Source of the DNA: Eledone cirrhosa
Lineage: Eukaryota
Assembly: GCA_964016885.1 (NCBI GenBank)
Contig: OZ024741.1
Span: 87,792,001 to 87,856,000 of the forward strand
Length of the DNA: 64,000 nucleotides
Direction of reading: 5' to 3'
Shown here: in pieces, positions 15,835 to 30,569 of the stretch
Numbering within the stretch: the first letter of the stretch is position 1
Layout: each line of letters opens with the position of its first letter
Notes under the pieces: generated by a model
Told to the model about the DNA's origin: nothing
The model's database searches: none
Seen by the model: the letters and a program-made list of their open reading frames with translations, nothing else
Made by a program: the position numbers and the translations under genes

Positions 15835-15844
<10 letters not shown>
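15441..15844. repeat. Near-perfect ~400-bp palindrome
   Basis: Arms of ~200 bp centred at ~15642 (ctccgatcagag), (AT)n tracts nearby on both sides. Confidence 0.93.
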
Positions 15845-15921
<77 letters not shown>

Positions 15922-15926
<5 letters not shown>

Positions 15927-16365
15927 TATGTATACGTACATACATATATTTATACAGACGTACAGTAGTATGTATATATATACATACATGCACACATATA
16001 TATATATGTACGTATGGATTTACCGACCATTTATTATAATGCTCGGTTTGTTTGTAAACAAACATCCCGAATTAAGCCGTACAGTGTTTATCAACCATCG
16101 TTGCCCTTTTGTTCAACACTGACAAAGGAACGATGTACTATTTTCAAGCTTATTAGCTATCGTCAGCACCACCTTCCTGCCAGATGATTGAACGTCTGAA
16201 AGTATATACTTTCCTTATGCATATTAACGGCTGAGCAGCCTAATTTGCATATCGAGTGAGTTAATCGGCCGGGCGCACCGAAGACGATAAATGGAAAAAA
16301 TGAAACGAAATTTCATTTCTAACTCTTAGTACGGCTGTTACTTAAATATAAGTATGTATATATAA
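15922..16365 (-). mobile_element. Retrozyme-like repeat monomer with degenerate HHR (16124-16175)
   Basis: Homologous to the 428-bp unit; stem I and stem III damaged. Confidence 0.8.
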
Positions 16366-16534
16366 TGTATATATATATATGAAAAGAGAAGTAAGGTTCT
16401 ATACAAAACAGTGGTTATAGAGAAAAGATGAAATTGGAAATAGCACTTGCAGCCATATAGAATAACCATGTCTTACTCATACAGAACTCTTTCGGGCTTG
16501 GTTTCTATGGCTAGATGTCCTTTTAGTCATGGCA

Positions 16535-16770
16535 CCAACATGACCACTCCAAGGAATTAGCCTTCTTGGATATCCTTATTTTAAAAGCAGATGGGAAAAT
16601 AGAAACAGACATTTTTTATAAACCCATGGACTCCAAACAGTACCTCCTCTTCACATCAAATCACCCAAAGCATACGAAACAGCATTCCTTTTAACTTAGC
16701 CAAACGTATATGCACCATAGTATCAGACCCAAGTAAACGGGAACAAAGACTAGATGAACTTAAACAACCC
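16535..16770 (+). pseudogene. Penelope-like RT C-terminal fragment
   Basis: Manual translation KELAFLDILILKADGKIETDIFYKPMDSKQYLLFTSNHPKHTK/SIPFNLAKRICTIVSD, with one frameshift. Confidence 0.8.
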
Positions 16771-17465
16771 AAAGCACAGAACAACAAACAATACCTTACC
16801 ATATGTATCCACGCACACACTCATACTCTCTAAAACCATATTCCAAAAATAGAATTTCTTTTACAACCCTACTTTTGCCAATCCCATTTACCTTCCTCAC
16901 CCATAGAATTTGTCTCTAGCTTACATTTCCCCTCTTCGCCACCCCCATCTGAACTCTTGAGCTACACACACATATTTACAGAATATCTCCCTCTCCTTAA
17001 AAACAATTTTATTCTGTGTGAAAAAACATAACTACCACCACTGCTGCTGCTGCTACCATGACTAACCCTCTCTCTATACACAAGACTCCATTTTTCCAGT
17101 CTCCTTCTCAACAAGCAAGATGAAAAAAAACTTGCCTCAACACTTAATTTTAAATCTTTAATTCTTAATTTTTAATTCTTATTAATTCTTTTTAATAGTA
17201 ATACTCACATTTGATAGGATAATTTTACTAATACATCGAAACCGGTTACACTTTATATACTTTATATAGATTATAAAGTATATAAAGTATAACCGGTTTC
17301 GAATTATATAAAGTATAACCGGTATATAAAGTATATAAAGTATAACCGGTTTAAAAGAATTGTCCCTCTCATTTTTTCAATAATGTCACTTAGACGATTC
17401 AAAGAAAGGGAAAAAAGAAGAAAAACAGATCCTTAACTTATATTTTCTGTGCTATTTCTAATTTT

Positions 17466-17560
<95 letters not shown>

Positions 17561-17730
17561 CAGTATATAAATATAAATGGCTTCTACAGGACTAGAACTA
17601 TTTCATCGAATGAAGCAGTTCTAGTCCTGTAGAAGCCATTTATATATTAAACATTTATACTCTGCTATGTATTGAGGACCTTACTGTTGTAACCCCCAAT
17701 TGAACCGGGAATACACACACACACACATAT

Positions 17731-17920
17731 ATATGAAAAAAGGAAAGGAATGATTTCACTTGTAGTTGGTGTTCTAAACAATTTGATTTTATAATTTCAC
17801 AATTTGACAATTTTGCTATGTAGATCTAATTAGATCTGCTTAGCAATATTGTAAAATTATAAAATTAAATTGTTTAGAACACCAACTGCAAGTGAAGACA
17901 TTCTTTTCCTTTTTTCATAT
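17731..17920. repeat. Imperfect ~190-bp palindrome
   Basis: Centred on agatctaattagatct at ~17829. Confidence 0.85.
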
Positions 17921-18252
17921 CTAATATATATTTGTGAAATGGGCGGTGGTTGAAATTCAAATGTGCACGGTTAAATGGTAGTAGACGTGGTCAGACTGAC
18001 ATGAAAATGTACACACCTATGTAAAAAGTGCCAAGGAAGCAAAGAGACGAGGTTTCAAATCTCTAACTTGAAAAATGTGGTCCCTGGGGCCCCAAAACTA
18101 TCGCGTTCGGTGAGTTATTTCCCCCTGTTCTAATACTTTTGTCTTATTTACAATTTCATCATCATTCTACATTTAACGATCATACAGTACCGTTTTATGA
18201 AATCGATTCTGCAGTACGGTCACTGTTTTCCATCAAAAGAAATAAAACCCTT

Positions 18253-18944
18253 GGCGATACTTGGTTTTAGTGTCCTAAATTATCATCATCGACATTCAAT
18301 TATTAGCTCCACCCACTACACGATACGTCACGAAGGTAAATGTTTCGAAAAAATGTTAAACTGTATATCGCAACAATATATTGTTTAAAGAAATTTGTTT
18401 TCTGTTGTTAAAAACTGTAAATCTGTTTTTTTTTTAAATGTATCTCGCAGCAATATTTTTTCTGTTAAAAACTGTAAATAAATATTCATGTAAAAATGAA
18501 GCATAGTGTTTCGGTTAAAAACTTAAAAACTGTAAATAAATATTCATGTAAAAATGAAGCATAGTGTTTCGGTTAAAAACTTAAAAACTGTAAATAAATA
18601 TTCATGTAAAAGTGAAGCATAGTGTTTCGGTTAAAAACTTAAAAACTGTAATAAATATTCATGTAAAAATGAAGCATAGTTTTTCTGTAAAAAACTGTAA
18701 ATAAATATTTATTTTGTTCAAAAAATAAATCAAAAATCTAATTTTCTCTGTTAATATTTTAATAAATATTTATTCTAAAAATTCAATGTTTTTTCGTGTA
18801 AAAATGAAGCATGTAAGAAAATGAACATGTAAAAATCAAGCCGCAGCAGCAGCTGATGACGTGTCGTGACGTATCGTGTAGTGGGTGGAGCTAATAATTG
18901 AATGTCGATGATGATAATTTAGGACACTAAAACCAAGTATCGCC
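18253..18944. mobile_element. Merlin-type non-autonomous DNA transposon (MITE)
   Basis: ~80-bp TIRs starting GGCGAT, 8-bp TSD aaaccctt (18245-18252 and 18945-18952), internal ~59-bp tandem repeats at 18466-18700. Confidence 0.85.
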
Positions 18945-19182
18945 AAACCCTTAAACTGCGAAGAAGGGACGCGTGTTTTTATTTTAATTCTAATACATGT
19001 TAACCACCACTAACAGTAAGTAGTATTTTTCAAATTGCATATAATCGACATTGCTATTTCGCTGTTAATAAACAACGCTTTTCACGTCGCTCCACTTCTC
19101 ATATTTCTATTTTTTTTCCTGAAACTGCTTCTTTATAATAAACTTTCAATAATATTTTTCAAATTATTAACTTAATAAAAAG

Positions 19183-19213
19183 TGGCCCCGGGTGCAACCG
19201 GGCTCAGCTGCTA

Positions 19214-19214
<1 letters not shown>
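19183..19214 (+). mobile_element. Helitron-like 3' terminus
   Basis: GC hairpin cccgg-gtgcaa-ccggg, then CTAG ending at 19214 followed by T; 5' end not located. Confidence 0.6.
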
Positions 19215-19249
<35 letters not shown>

Positions 19250-19429
19250 CTAAATCCGACCCTGGTTTACAAATATTTGTATTTTGATATCGGTAACATT
19301 TTGTAACCATACATAAAAGTAATGATTTGGTAAATCATTTCTTTGTATAATAGAAATAAGGTTATACGAAATATTCACTATGAAGAGAGAGGAAATATAT
19401 AAATGAAACAGATGTAAAAGAAAATATTT

Positions 19430-19920
19430 AATTTGCACGTGGATGAATTACACATGTACCGTTGTGGAGTCACGGGCGATAGGTTTCGGCCGTATCTATT
19501 CTCTTTACGCCACAGTGTACACCGCCTTGACGGTTTCATGTCGAGATTTCATTGCGGTGTCAACCACAGTGACTGTAGACACTCAGACGAGATAACACTT
19601 TTCTGGTTCAAAGTGAGTAAATCACTAATCTGGGATGCCACATGTTGCGACACATTCTCCGGATCCAACCTCACCCTCGGATATAAATTCCAGTACCACC
19701 GCCAGTAACTCAGAAGAGCTTTTTTGATCGGCTTCCACCGAGACCATCGGTGTCTTCGATCTTGGGACTACTGTTTTCCTCTAAAAAATCAGGGCAAGTA
19801 CATCTCACTTGAGTAAAGTGGAATGACTGCTGGAGTGGGTGTCTTTGATTGTTCTCCGCGGCAATGCTTTCGCCAACTTCTCTGCTGTGCGTAGCTAAGA
19901 TATATCGCTCAGCCAAAGAT
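19430..19920 (+). mobile_element. CRE-clade 3' relic
   Basis: SLIWDATCCDTFSGSNL motif, as in the 13110-14625 element. Confidence 0.65.
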
Positions 19921-21054
19921 GTAGAGTTTGCCCTCTTTCCCCTTCACTGTTTTATTTAATTTTCTCCCCCTCATATTTTTTTTTTTTTTCTTTTAGTTTA
20001 TTCATAACTTATTGTAGAATCTAGGAAGATTGATGAAAGTTAAAATAATTCTGACAGGTAATCGAAAATGTGACTAAGTAGGACTTTAAAAGTTAATAAC
20101 ATAGTCAAATGCACCATACATACAAATTTTGTACATTTCCACAACACCATTTAAAATGTGAAAACAAAATGTGTGTTCTATTTTTAACGAAGGAATAGAA
20201 AAAAAGACAACTTACAAACAAGAATGATACGGCAACAGGTTTTTAGTTTTAAAACATTGTACTCATAACTTGGTATTTGTAAAGAGACAATGCAGTGTTT
20301 AACCGAAGCCATGTGCACTAAATACGCACATTAATAAATATAAGCATGTAAACATGTCTTATTTAGATATTTCTCCACAAATTGAAAATCAGTATATAAT
20401 GCTTTAGGTTACATATTTGTGAGAAATGTAAACAGTTTCTGAAGGTAACAACATTAACCAAAATTCGAGTCACGATATTCATCTTTTTCAATTTACGGTG
20501 AAATACATAAATAAGACTTATTTAAAGGTTTACATATACGTACATATATAAATGTGAGTGCGTTTATATACATATTTCTCGTAGATTTTGGGTAAATCGT
20601 GTACAGTTTCTCTATTGACACGATTTAATAGTATATTACAACTGGTTGATGAACAATAGCTGCTGATAATAACACTCATGTAAACTCTGCCTACCTGAAA
20701 ATACACACAAATACGCAATGTACATCTGTCTATATATGATAATCTGTGTATATAAACACATAACTGTATTATTAACTATTGAAAACTTTTATAATCAAGC
20801 CATGAATTACATGTATGCACACACACACACACATAGACATGAGAATGCCCATATACAAACATGTACATATAACATACACGCTGGTGTCATAGCCAAAACT
20901 TGAGGATGCGTGTGTTGGTGAGTGTGTGTATTCGTGAGTGTGTATTGGTGAGAGTGTGTGGTGTGTGTGTGTGTTGGTGAGAGTGTGTGTGTTGGTGAGA
21001 GTGTGTGTGTGTTTGTGAGAGTGTGTGTGTATATATACATATATAACTGGTTTT

Positions 21055-22904
21055 TAGCCCCCCCCCCTCCATGCTCCCACTCCCCCTTTTTTGTTTCGTC
21101 TTCTGTTGTCTTGGGATCTGATGTAGGTGAGATATGATGCCTCCTTCATATCACCCTGTCCATTTCCGCATGATTCCAATTTCTCCCTTCCACCATCCAC
21201 CATTGGGTCAAGCACCCTGGACGGAGACAACCAGCCACACACCCATGTTGTCAAATAATGTTCCAGTCTCTTGTTCCACGCCCCACACCCACTAGGTGAT
21301 ACCCGCAGCACATGCACCACCACGAAAGACCGGAACTGTTCGGGGCGCGACTGTTTCCACCACATTTCTTGTGTTGGTCTGACGTGTCGAGCCTCCAGTG
21401 CCCTCGCAGCGTAGAGATACAGCAACAGTCTCTTCTCCTCATCTGCACAGCTGCAACCGTCTACAACACCGCCAGATGAGACAGAGAGCTTGTGCGATGC
21501 ACAAGCCTCGCTGGTTAACATCGCTCGTAATGGACATGGTTATACGGAACAGGAAGGACAACCGTACGAACGCGCATGCGCAAAAACGATCACTTCACAC
21601 AAGCAATACTAAATTGCGTGCGAGGGGTTTAAGGGAGATAACTGCGAAAGTCCGAAAGTTTCTAGTTGATAAGAAAATTAGGATGTTGTTATAATTCAAT
21701 CCGGAGCTTTGTAGTTATGTAAGTAGTGTTTCCAGACGTGTGGACAACGTGTGAAGAATTCATTTCTTGAGTTTAGGCAATCACTATTGCGTAATCTCTT
21801 TAGAATATTTATTCGTTCATCAATACATAGTCCACACGACGGATTGGCCCTTGCGTATGGTTTGGACTTAGTGGTGGCTTTCCATTGAATGGAGTAGTCT
21901 ATACTTGAGTCCTTGAGGTACCATACGGGGCTCGCGAGTTTCGTGGGTGAACGTCTGTCCGGGTACCTAAAAGTCGACTGGTGGTTCAGGAAGCGTTCCT
22001 TAAATCGGCCCTCCGCCATGCCCACATAGGATTTGACTTCCTGTGGTTGATTTGGTCGGTTGGAAGTGACCACCGCTTCATAAACTACAGCGGGTGTGTT
22101 GCATTGCTGTTGAAGGGGACAAGCTTCGGGCTTACGGCAAGAGCACCCTGGTGGTGTGTTGTTCTTAGGGCTGTTGGTTATGTGGGCCTTCATGTTATAG
22201 CGCAGAAACAGGGGTCTGTGTGGTTGCTGGATAAAGTGTATTTAGAAATAAGAGGAAAGCACAAACGGGGGATATTTCCCATCATCAATTGTCTGCTGGA
22301 GATTACGGACATGTCTACACATTAAAGACAATATGTCTAGCTCCAGTACGTCAATGACTATAGGAAGTTATTGGGGGGAAAAGGATAGAGAGAAAAAAAA
22401 TTATAACAGAAGGGAAAAAGGTAAGAATAAAAAGGAAAACAAATATACCGAAGAGGGAAACACGAAAAGCACATGTATGTAAGCAACCGAAGAGAGAGGG
22501 AGAGAGTAAGGCAAGTCAAAATCAGCTACTGGACTTAAGACCGAGGCTATGTTGACGGTGAATTAGAGAGCGAAGAAAACAGGTCTGACCTCCGCAAGAG
22601 TAGGTGAAAAAGAGGCAATTCTAAGTCCAGTAGCTGATTTTGACTTGCCTTACTCTCTCCTCGGTTGCTTACATACATGTGATTTTCGTGTTTCTCTCTT
22701 CGGTATTTTTTCTCCTTCTTTTCTTTCTATTTTCTCTTCTGTTATAATTTGTTTTTCTTTTATCTTTTATCTTTTATCTCCAATAACTTCCTATAGTTAT
22801 TGACGCACTGGAGCTAGACATATTGTCTTTAATGCGTAGAAATGTCCGTAATCTCCAGCAGATAACTGATGAGCAATATCCCCCGTTTGTGTTTTCCTCT
22901 TATT

Positions 22905-22906
<2 letters not shown>
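21055..22906 (-). mobile_element. 5'-truncated Penelope-like element with 5' fold-back
   Basis: ORF 21696-22193 encodes GIY-YIG (CSCRKPEACPL, VVYEA, SYVGMAE, CGLC, LNSRNE); inverted arms at 22246-22540 and 22620-22906. Confidence 0.85.
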
Positions 22907-22999
<93 letters not shown>

Positions 23000-23000
23000 T

Positions 23001-23044
<44 letters not shown>

Positions 23045-25849
23045 AGGTTTGGGGTTCAGTCAGTCATATGACCATGCATTTAACTGTAACAAGACAATTT
23101 TTACAAATGATTTCCAACGATTTATTTAGACATTTTGAATATGTTAGCTATCTTACAGGACTTTATGATTCAACTAGAAGTTATGCAACTAGCGCCCGAA
23201 TTTATTTCCACATATCTTTCTCAGTAATGCAAATTTTTAATAAGACTTGGCAGAGATACGTTTTCCAAAGTGTAGATCACGATTATGTTCATAAAAAATG
23301 GCTGAATGTAAACTCAGACATTTTTTCATCACACCTCCCAATTTCATGCTGCTCAATTCCTAATATCAATTAGAAACGTAATTTCATTTCAACAACTAGG
23401 AATTTAGTAAAAAAATATTCAAGATAATCGTATTCTACATTTTTGAAAATGTATCTTTCCAAAATATGTCTTATTAAGAAAACTGTAAGGAATCCTTTTA
23501 CAAGCAAAAAGACATTGAACTATAGCAATACTTATTTTATGTGGTCAGGACTGATAGAAAAGATGTAAATTGTCTTTTTTTCTTAATATTGATTTCTAAG
23601 TTAGACACAAGGGCAAAGTTGATTAAATCCATCTCAATTCTTAACTGTTACTATTTTTTATCGACTCTGGGAGAATGAAAGGCAAAATCGACCTTATCAG
23701 GATTTAAACTGACTATGTATAGAGTAAAAACAAATACCACAATACCATTTTATCCAACGCTCTGCCAATTCTGCTAATCCACCACCCTTTGATTCCTTAA
23801 TTTTAACTGCATTTCTATATCAATATCATAGTGAATTCCAAATTTCGCTCTGTAAAAGGGTGAAAATAAGAATCCGGTGAAACTGACAGTGAAGCAGACC
23901 TGCCAACCTCTAAAAACCCAAACGGTGAGTACCATGAAAAAAAGTGCACCAAAACGGGGAGAAATGAGGCAAAATGGGAAGATTTTACATGATAAAAGGT
24001 ATACCCATTTTCACAAGAGAAGACATCTCTCACCTACCTCAAAGTGGGTGGGAGATCTTCCCGTCCGACCTGGAGAGTTGACAGGTCTGGAGAAGGGATG
24101 AACGTGACATAAAGATATTAGTAAAGAAGTGAATGTAAAATAAATAAAAATATGAAATAAATGAAATTAAAAGAAACATACATATAAGTTGATTAATGTG
24201 AAATACATAAACATTTGTTTGGCGTATTTTATTCAAAAATGTTCAATTGGGTTGTATAGTATTTACAATAAAAAAGGAAAATAAAAAAGGAAAAATTAGA
24301 TAGCAAATGTAAGGCAAAGCGGGGCGGGAGCAGCAGACTCTTCACCCCAGTCTAGGCAGTTTATTTAAGCTGCGACCCACGGAGAAAACGGGAAAGACCT
24401 TGCGATCGAGAACAGCTAGCGATACTCGCCTTATCAGCTACACTGCTTCACGGGGATCATTTTTCAGGCGAGACGCATTCCTCCCAATTTTGTTCGGGAC
24501 TGAGGACAGCAGAGGTCCCAACAGCGACCGGCACAAAAAAAGGAAGTAGTCAGTCAAGTTTCGTTATTTGGATACATTAACATGTAGTTAACTGCAATAT
24601 AAATTTCATTGAAGTATGAGATAAGATTCATGAATGCCAATTGACGGTTTTAAAATTCATTCCTCCACACACATATCTACAAAGATCATATACATGTTAC
24701 ATGTGTAGACACATATAACTGTTAATGTGTACGCACACATTAACAGTTATATGTGTCTACAGCTATTTCGCACACATTAACAGTTATATGACAGCTATTT
24801 CGATTTATAATTCTTTCTCTGTCAATGGAGATATTGTACATAAAAACAAGGTAGTTACATCTGTCTATACGTAGTGTTGGCTAGAGATATATTATGTAAT
24901 ATAATATATAGCATTAGAACAAAACATCATTAACGCATGAGTAATTTGTTAATCGAAAGAGCGGTCAAGAATTTATTACATATGTAAACCGGTCTATTTG
25001 ATTTACGTAACCTTTTAGTATTAGTGGATTTAAGAGAGCCGTGGATTGTCACACACCAGTATTTCATTAATTTCTCAAATAAAATAAAATATACAGCTGA
25101 TTTGATGATGTTCATATTAAACAAAAAGTGTTGTTAATTAGGCAAAGAAAGAGAAAAGGTAGAGTATGAAAGGAATTGTTAGTAAATAAACAAAAGGAAA
25201 TATTTTAGAATAAGAAAAGAGAAAAGAAAGAAAAGAAGATAGAAAGCGAGTAATTGGGTATATTTCTCTAATCGTTTACTTGAGAAAGAAAGTCGGGGTG
25301 GGGTGAAGAGGAAGTGAAAGAGTAGGATTAATAGATAGATAGCAAGCTGATGAGTGCATTGTTTCAACTAAAGATCTAAAAGTAGAAGAAAGATAGAAAT
25401 CCTGTAAATGTTTTTCAGTCAATTATCAAGTGGTTAATCTATCATGAAATGATGGGAAAATTAAATCTATTGTTTAAACAATGTAAAGTATATTTAGTTA
25501 TTTATCCGTTAAACAGTTCAGGTCAGTAGAGTGATTGATGTGTTGAAAGAAGAGGGTGAAGTACGGATGTGATACAGTGAATAAGATTGAAAAGGGAAAT
25601 GTGTTGATGTATCTCAAGCAATATATTTATGTTGTAGCTGTTGAAAGTTCATTTTATTTTATTATTTATGCTTTCTAATTTGATTAATCAATTTAAATAA
25701 AGTAAAGTACGTATTAAGAAAAACAGAACACACGATTAAAGGGAACATAAAAGGAAGGGAAAAAAAGAAAATGAAAAGAAGAAAAAGAAAAGGAAAGAAG
25801 GATCAAGTAACAAAAGAAAGGGAGAGGGAGAGGGAGAGTGGCAGTTACT

Positions 25850-27240
25850 ACACCTCAGTTAGAGCGGTGCCTCAGCAGCTGTCACCTCATGGGGCTCCCT
25901 TCTCAAGCGGTCGTCGTCTTTCCGACGAAGGAAATCAGTAGTACGGGGACCAACGACGCCAGAGGTCTCGACGGAGACCAGTGCAAAGACGAAGTTGTCA
26001 GTCAGGCCCCGGTATTTGACTATCTTCCGCTCCTTCGCACTACGAGCAAAAGAGCCCAGACTTGTGGTCGAAGTGACAAGGTTTGGTGTCGGGGAACGAG
26101 TCGCTGCACGTCGCGTCCCAAATTAGTGATTTGCTCCCCTCGAAAGGGAATGGAGTTAATCCATTGAGGCGCTTGCCATCGTTACTGTCGAGGCTAGCCG
26201 GCTCTAATTGTGAAGGGAAACCGACTACGTTGAGGCTACTCCTGATTATGTAGTTCAGAGCAGCGTGACGGTGGAGAGCCAGCTTGCACTAAGGCGGCAA
26301 GATAATTGATGCAGATAGAACTATTCTGACACTGCTCCAAAACGACATCCGTGTGGCTCGCACACACGGAGGTGGGCGCTGTGCCACCCCAATTTGTTTA
26401 GTGGTGAGGTGGAGCGCAGGCAGGCGAGATGGTGTTGGTCCGAGGAAGACTCAATCCGACTGAAGGCGGACTTGCACATGACGTCATCCCAGTTACGTTG
26501 GACATCAGTACACTGGGGGACAACAAGGCCTTCGTCGGTCCAATCAGGCAGAGCTGACTCCAGTTCCCTGACTCCGTTGAGTTCTGTCCTTTTGCAGAGG
26601 ATCTGGTTGATGAGAGTGCGGCTGGGGGAGATTGAGGAGAGATAAATTGGCAGTGTCCAATCAAGAGTAGATCGGAGGCCGAGGCCGCCGAATTTCATAG
26701 GGAGTTTCGCCTTTCGTCAGCCTGCACTGTCGAAGTAAACGTTATAAATGAGTTTGCCACATCACTAGATGGTGGCATCGAGTTTGACGAGTCGATCTTC
26801 TAGAGGGTGACAAAGCGCACCGCGTAGAATGAAGAGGAATTTATTTGGGGAGAGCGAAGCAGTTCTCTAGGAGGAAGTACACCGGGTGCGCGTCGTTGAG
26901 GCGTAATCTCTCCATCATCTTCATCAGGTCTGCATGTTTGTTCTCCGGGCACTCACGCATGGCCTTCGTGGGGATTGGAGGGCTGAAAATGCAGACGGCA
27001 TCTTTTAGGGTCAGCTGATCCCCAGCCAGAACAGGATCGATGCTGAGTATGGTGACTTGGAATTCAGCCACCGTAGTTCACATTGACGACCTGAGACAGG
27101 TTCATCTCCAATCCTTAGGTGTGTTAGAGCAGGGATGACCCGCTGGAGGTCCTCAGCAATGACTCAGCCGAACCTCTCAGAATTGCGTAGTCCAGCTACC
27201 AGTGGGTCCGGGTGCTTGAGACGGAGAGAGGCCAGGATGT
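25850..27240 (-). mobile_element. Degraded CRE-clade retrotransposon
   Basis: LLENCFALPK, MKFGGLGLRS, NWDDVMC; RLE region at 25850-26250; a further CRE-like 3' relic lies at ~24310-24530. Confidence 0.8.
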
Positions 27241-28589
27241 GATTTATAGCAATGTCTATGCAGTTAAACATTAGCATTTTGATATCTCCTTATTTTGTTA
27301 TATGATTTTCTCAAGTTGCTATCACGTAAACTATGAAATGGAATGGACTTCCACTGTTTTCGACCCTACGCCACTTTTTTTTCAATCTTTCTGTTTGTAA
27401 AATATACAATTGAAGATGAAATCTTGAATCAATATATCTTTTTCTATGCTTTAAATATTTCTAGATTTGGGTGATGCATTCCGGCGTTTTTGGGGAAAAA
27501 TCTTTGAGTTGAGGATAAATCTGTATGTAAAAGTGTTTCAAAAAGATATGAAAATAAAAATGAAAATTTAAATCGAAACGTGTTAAATCAATAGAAGAGG
27601 GATTAAAGGGTAACAAGTAAAAATAAGACATCAACCCTAATATAAAATTATAATATCGGTTGAAGTAGAGGTAATTTCAGGAAAAGGAAGAGCGCATCTC
27701 TAGTTAAAATGATCTAGTTTTAGATTTTATTTTTAATACCGACAATGAAAAAAAAACAAAAAAAAAACAAAACACAAAACAAAACAAAACCATCATCTAG
27801 TTTTAGAAGAGAATTAAAGATGAAAATGAGAATAGTGAAAGTGTATGGCTAAAGAAAATAACTAAGATTTAGTTCTAATTTAATAGGCACGTTGTCTAGT
27901 GATCGTTGCTCATAAGGCCGTAGCTGTACCAAGAATTTTGGATGGTGAGATAAAAAAAAATGCTTCTAAACAGCTTGTTGAGGCAAATGTTATTCTGGAA
28001 ACACCAATTATTTATAAATTCTTTGTTTTTCTTATATTCTAGAGTAAAGTGCGTAACAAGGCTTTCAATGCATTCATATATATGCGAAAAGGTAGTGCAC
28101 ATTTGATTCAGTGTTTTGAAAAAAAAAACGTGAAATAGGTATGGATCTCAATTCAATCAGATGCAGTATGAAGCAACAAAGTTGAATCGAAAATGTGACA
28201 TTAATATGGAGTACAAGCTGCATAGAAAATATTTAAAAGATTCCTTAATTAAGTTGCAGAAGATGAAGTAAATTTGAAGCCTGAAATAAAATGTCTTTAG
28301 ATCTTTTTCATAAATAGCATAGGTAAAAAAACGAATATTTCAAAATATGGCTTCTAAATTTAGTGCCTTAGATCCAAAGTATTTTGACAACGTTGGTATT
28401 GTCAACAAATTAGAATTTTTACCAGATATATATGCATTCGGACGTCATACATAGCCATACAGAAATATAAAAATTTCTTTTATTGGAAGATATACAAAAT
28501 AGATAATTAGCATTAACAGTATGGTACATTCAAGTGTCGAGCAACTGACTATTAACAATGTATCAGCATTCACGATCGCCAATTAATTG

Positions 28590-29900
28590 AATTTCTGTTA
28601 CCTTAACCTGTCTTTGCGAAACCTCTTAAACAAATCCACGATCTCTGGGGGACAACGAACTTTTCCGATAATTATCCGCAAAGCATCGCGATTCACGGTA
28701 TCGAAAGCCTTAGTAAGGTCTACAAAGGCCTGATACAGTGGAAGTCTATATTCAAAGCACTTCTGAAATTGACGTGAAGTGAATATCATGTCTATGGTAT
28801 TGTGACCCGATTTGAACTCACACTGGCTCTCTGGTAAAACTGAGGGTCAAATTCAGGTCGACAATCTGTTAAGCAACAACTTGGCAAAAACCTTACCAGT
28901 AGCTTCAAGCACACTGATACCACACTAGTCGTTGCATACTACTTTAGATCCTTTGTCTTGATACAAGGATATGATTGCATTTATCCAATCTTGGGGTATA
29001 TCGCCACCCTCCCAAATTCGTAATTTGAAAAAAATGTTTTGCAAATCACCCATCCAAATTCTGCACAAAGTTGAAAAAGATGTCATTTATTATCATTCAT
29101 TTTTCGTAGACCATATGGGCCTATAGCTTCCCAAATGTGATCATGACCTACACGAGCATTATAGCCACCAAATAAAAGGATCTTTTCTTCCCTAGGTATG
29201 GAGAAAAGTATAACTCTAAAATCCTGGCTTGACTACTGGTTAATGTCGGTGTGTATGCAGAAATGTGGAAGAAGTAGACTCATTATTCTTTCGTTGATAT
29301 CCTGGGAGTGCTCAATTTTGTTAGTAAGAGTTGTCTTTATGGCAAATCCCACGCCATTTTCCCTCTTCTCACCTTTCGGTTTACCTATTCAAAAGAAGTT
29401 ATATCCTACCACAGCTTGTTTCAAATTATCCTCCTAACTCAGTCTTGTCTCTGCAAGTGCTACAATATCTAAGTTGAAATGTGTAATCTTTCCTGCAACA
29501 AAGGCAGTCCTACACTCTGGATTTGCTGAACCATGGTCCAGAGGTGTCCATACATTCCAAGCAGCTATCTTCATTTTCACTCGATTTCTTACATATTTTA
29601 AATTTCTGTTATTTCTCCTGCATAAACGAACATCTGTCATCTTAAACATTGAGCAGATGATGTTTAAGTCACCTTTTCTCGACACTTCCCAGAAACTGGG
29701 TGAGCAGTACTCTTCTACATAGGATTGCTCAGACACACAATGCTCCATCGAAGTTTATTTCTGCCCGAAAACTATACAGCAGTGTTAAGATAAACAAAGT
29801 GCCGCCTCATGTGCAAATTCATGCTTATATGCTTCCAGCCTGTTAAGTCTACACGCAACAACAATCCCCCATCGCCGCTGAACTTTTGAATAGATATCTG
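28590..29900 (-). mobile_element. RTE-clade LINE relic (APE + RT N-terminus)
   Basis: MKIAAWNVWT..NLDIVALAETRL (APE) and IFTSRQFQ..FVDLTKAFDTVNR (RT). Confidence 0.85.
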
Positions 29901-30569
29901 CGCATAAAATCTTGATGAAATGTGCCTGTGCTACACACACAACATCCTTGAGTCAATCCAACTATATACTAGTGACAAACATAAGCAAGATGACTAGAAA
30001 GCTGTATTGCAGGTGAGTTAGTCCGCGTAGGCACCAAGCTAGAATGTCAAGGTTCCGCGGCAAGTATCCTCCTAAAATAGTACACACATTTATGTGGGTT
30101 ACATTAAGAAAGATCAGGTTCTGATGACTTGAGTTTTCCATCTCATTAATAAAGGTTGGTGTATCTGGAGCATCAGTGATGGTCTTTGCTCATAAACCAA
30201 GCTTCAAAAGAGCAAAACATTTCCACACCTAACACACAAGTAGACACCCAAAACATATACAAAAGATATTGTAAAAAAAAGTTAAAAGATAAAATACAAA
30301 AAAGTTAAAATGTATATAAAAAAGTATATACAAATAAAATATATACACAAACACACACAATAATACATAAACGAGTACACACTATTTGGATGGCCGTTGA
30401 CTCTGCCGAGTTCCCCCACCCTTTGTCGGGTTTTGTTTTTCATCTCGCAAGGTGTTCAAATATTATCCTCCTCACCAAGCAAACCCGGTGGGGTTGCCTG
30501 TTTAGTCGCCGACGACCCGACCATGCAATAGGTTGTTCTGGGTTACATGTTACCAGTAGAGCTCGAGAT

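Noticed and set aside
18466-18700. CRISPR-like array
   Set aside because: Tandem minisatellite with no unique spacers, inside a eukaryotic MITE
23080-23373. Open frame in unique sequence
   Set aside because: No recognisable motif or convincing splice pair
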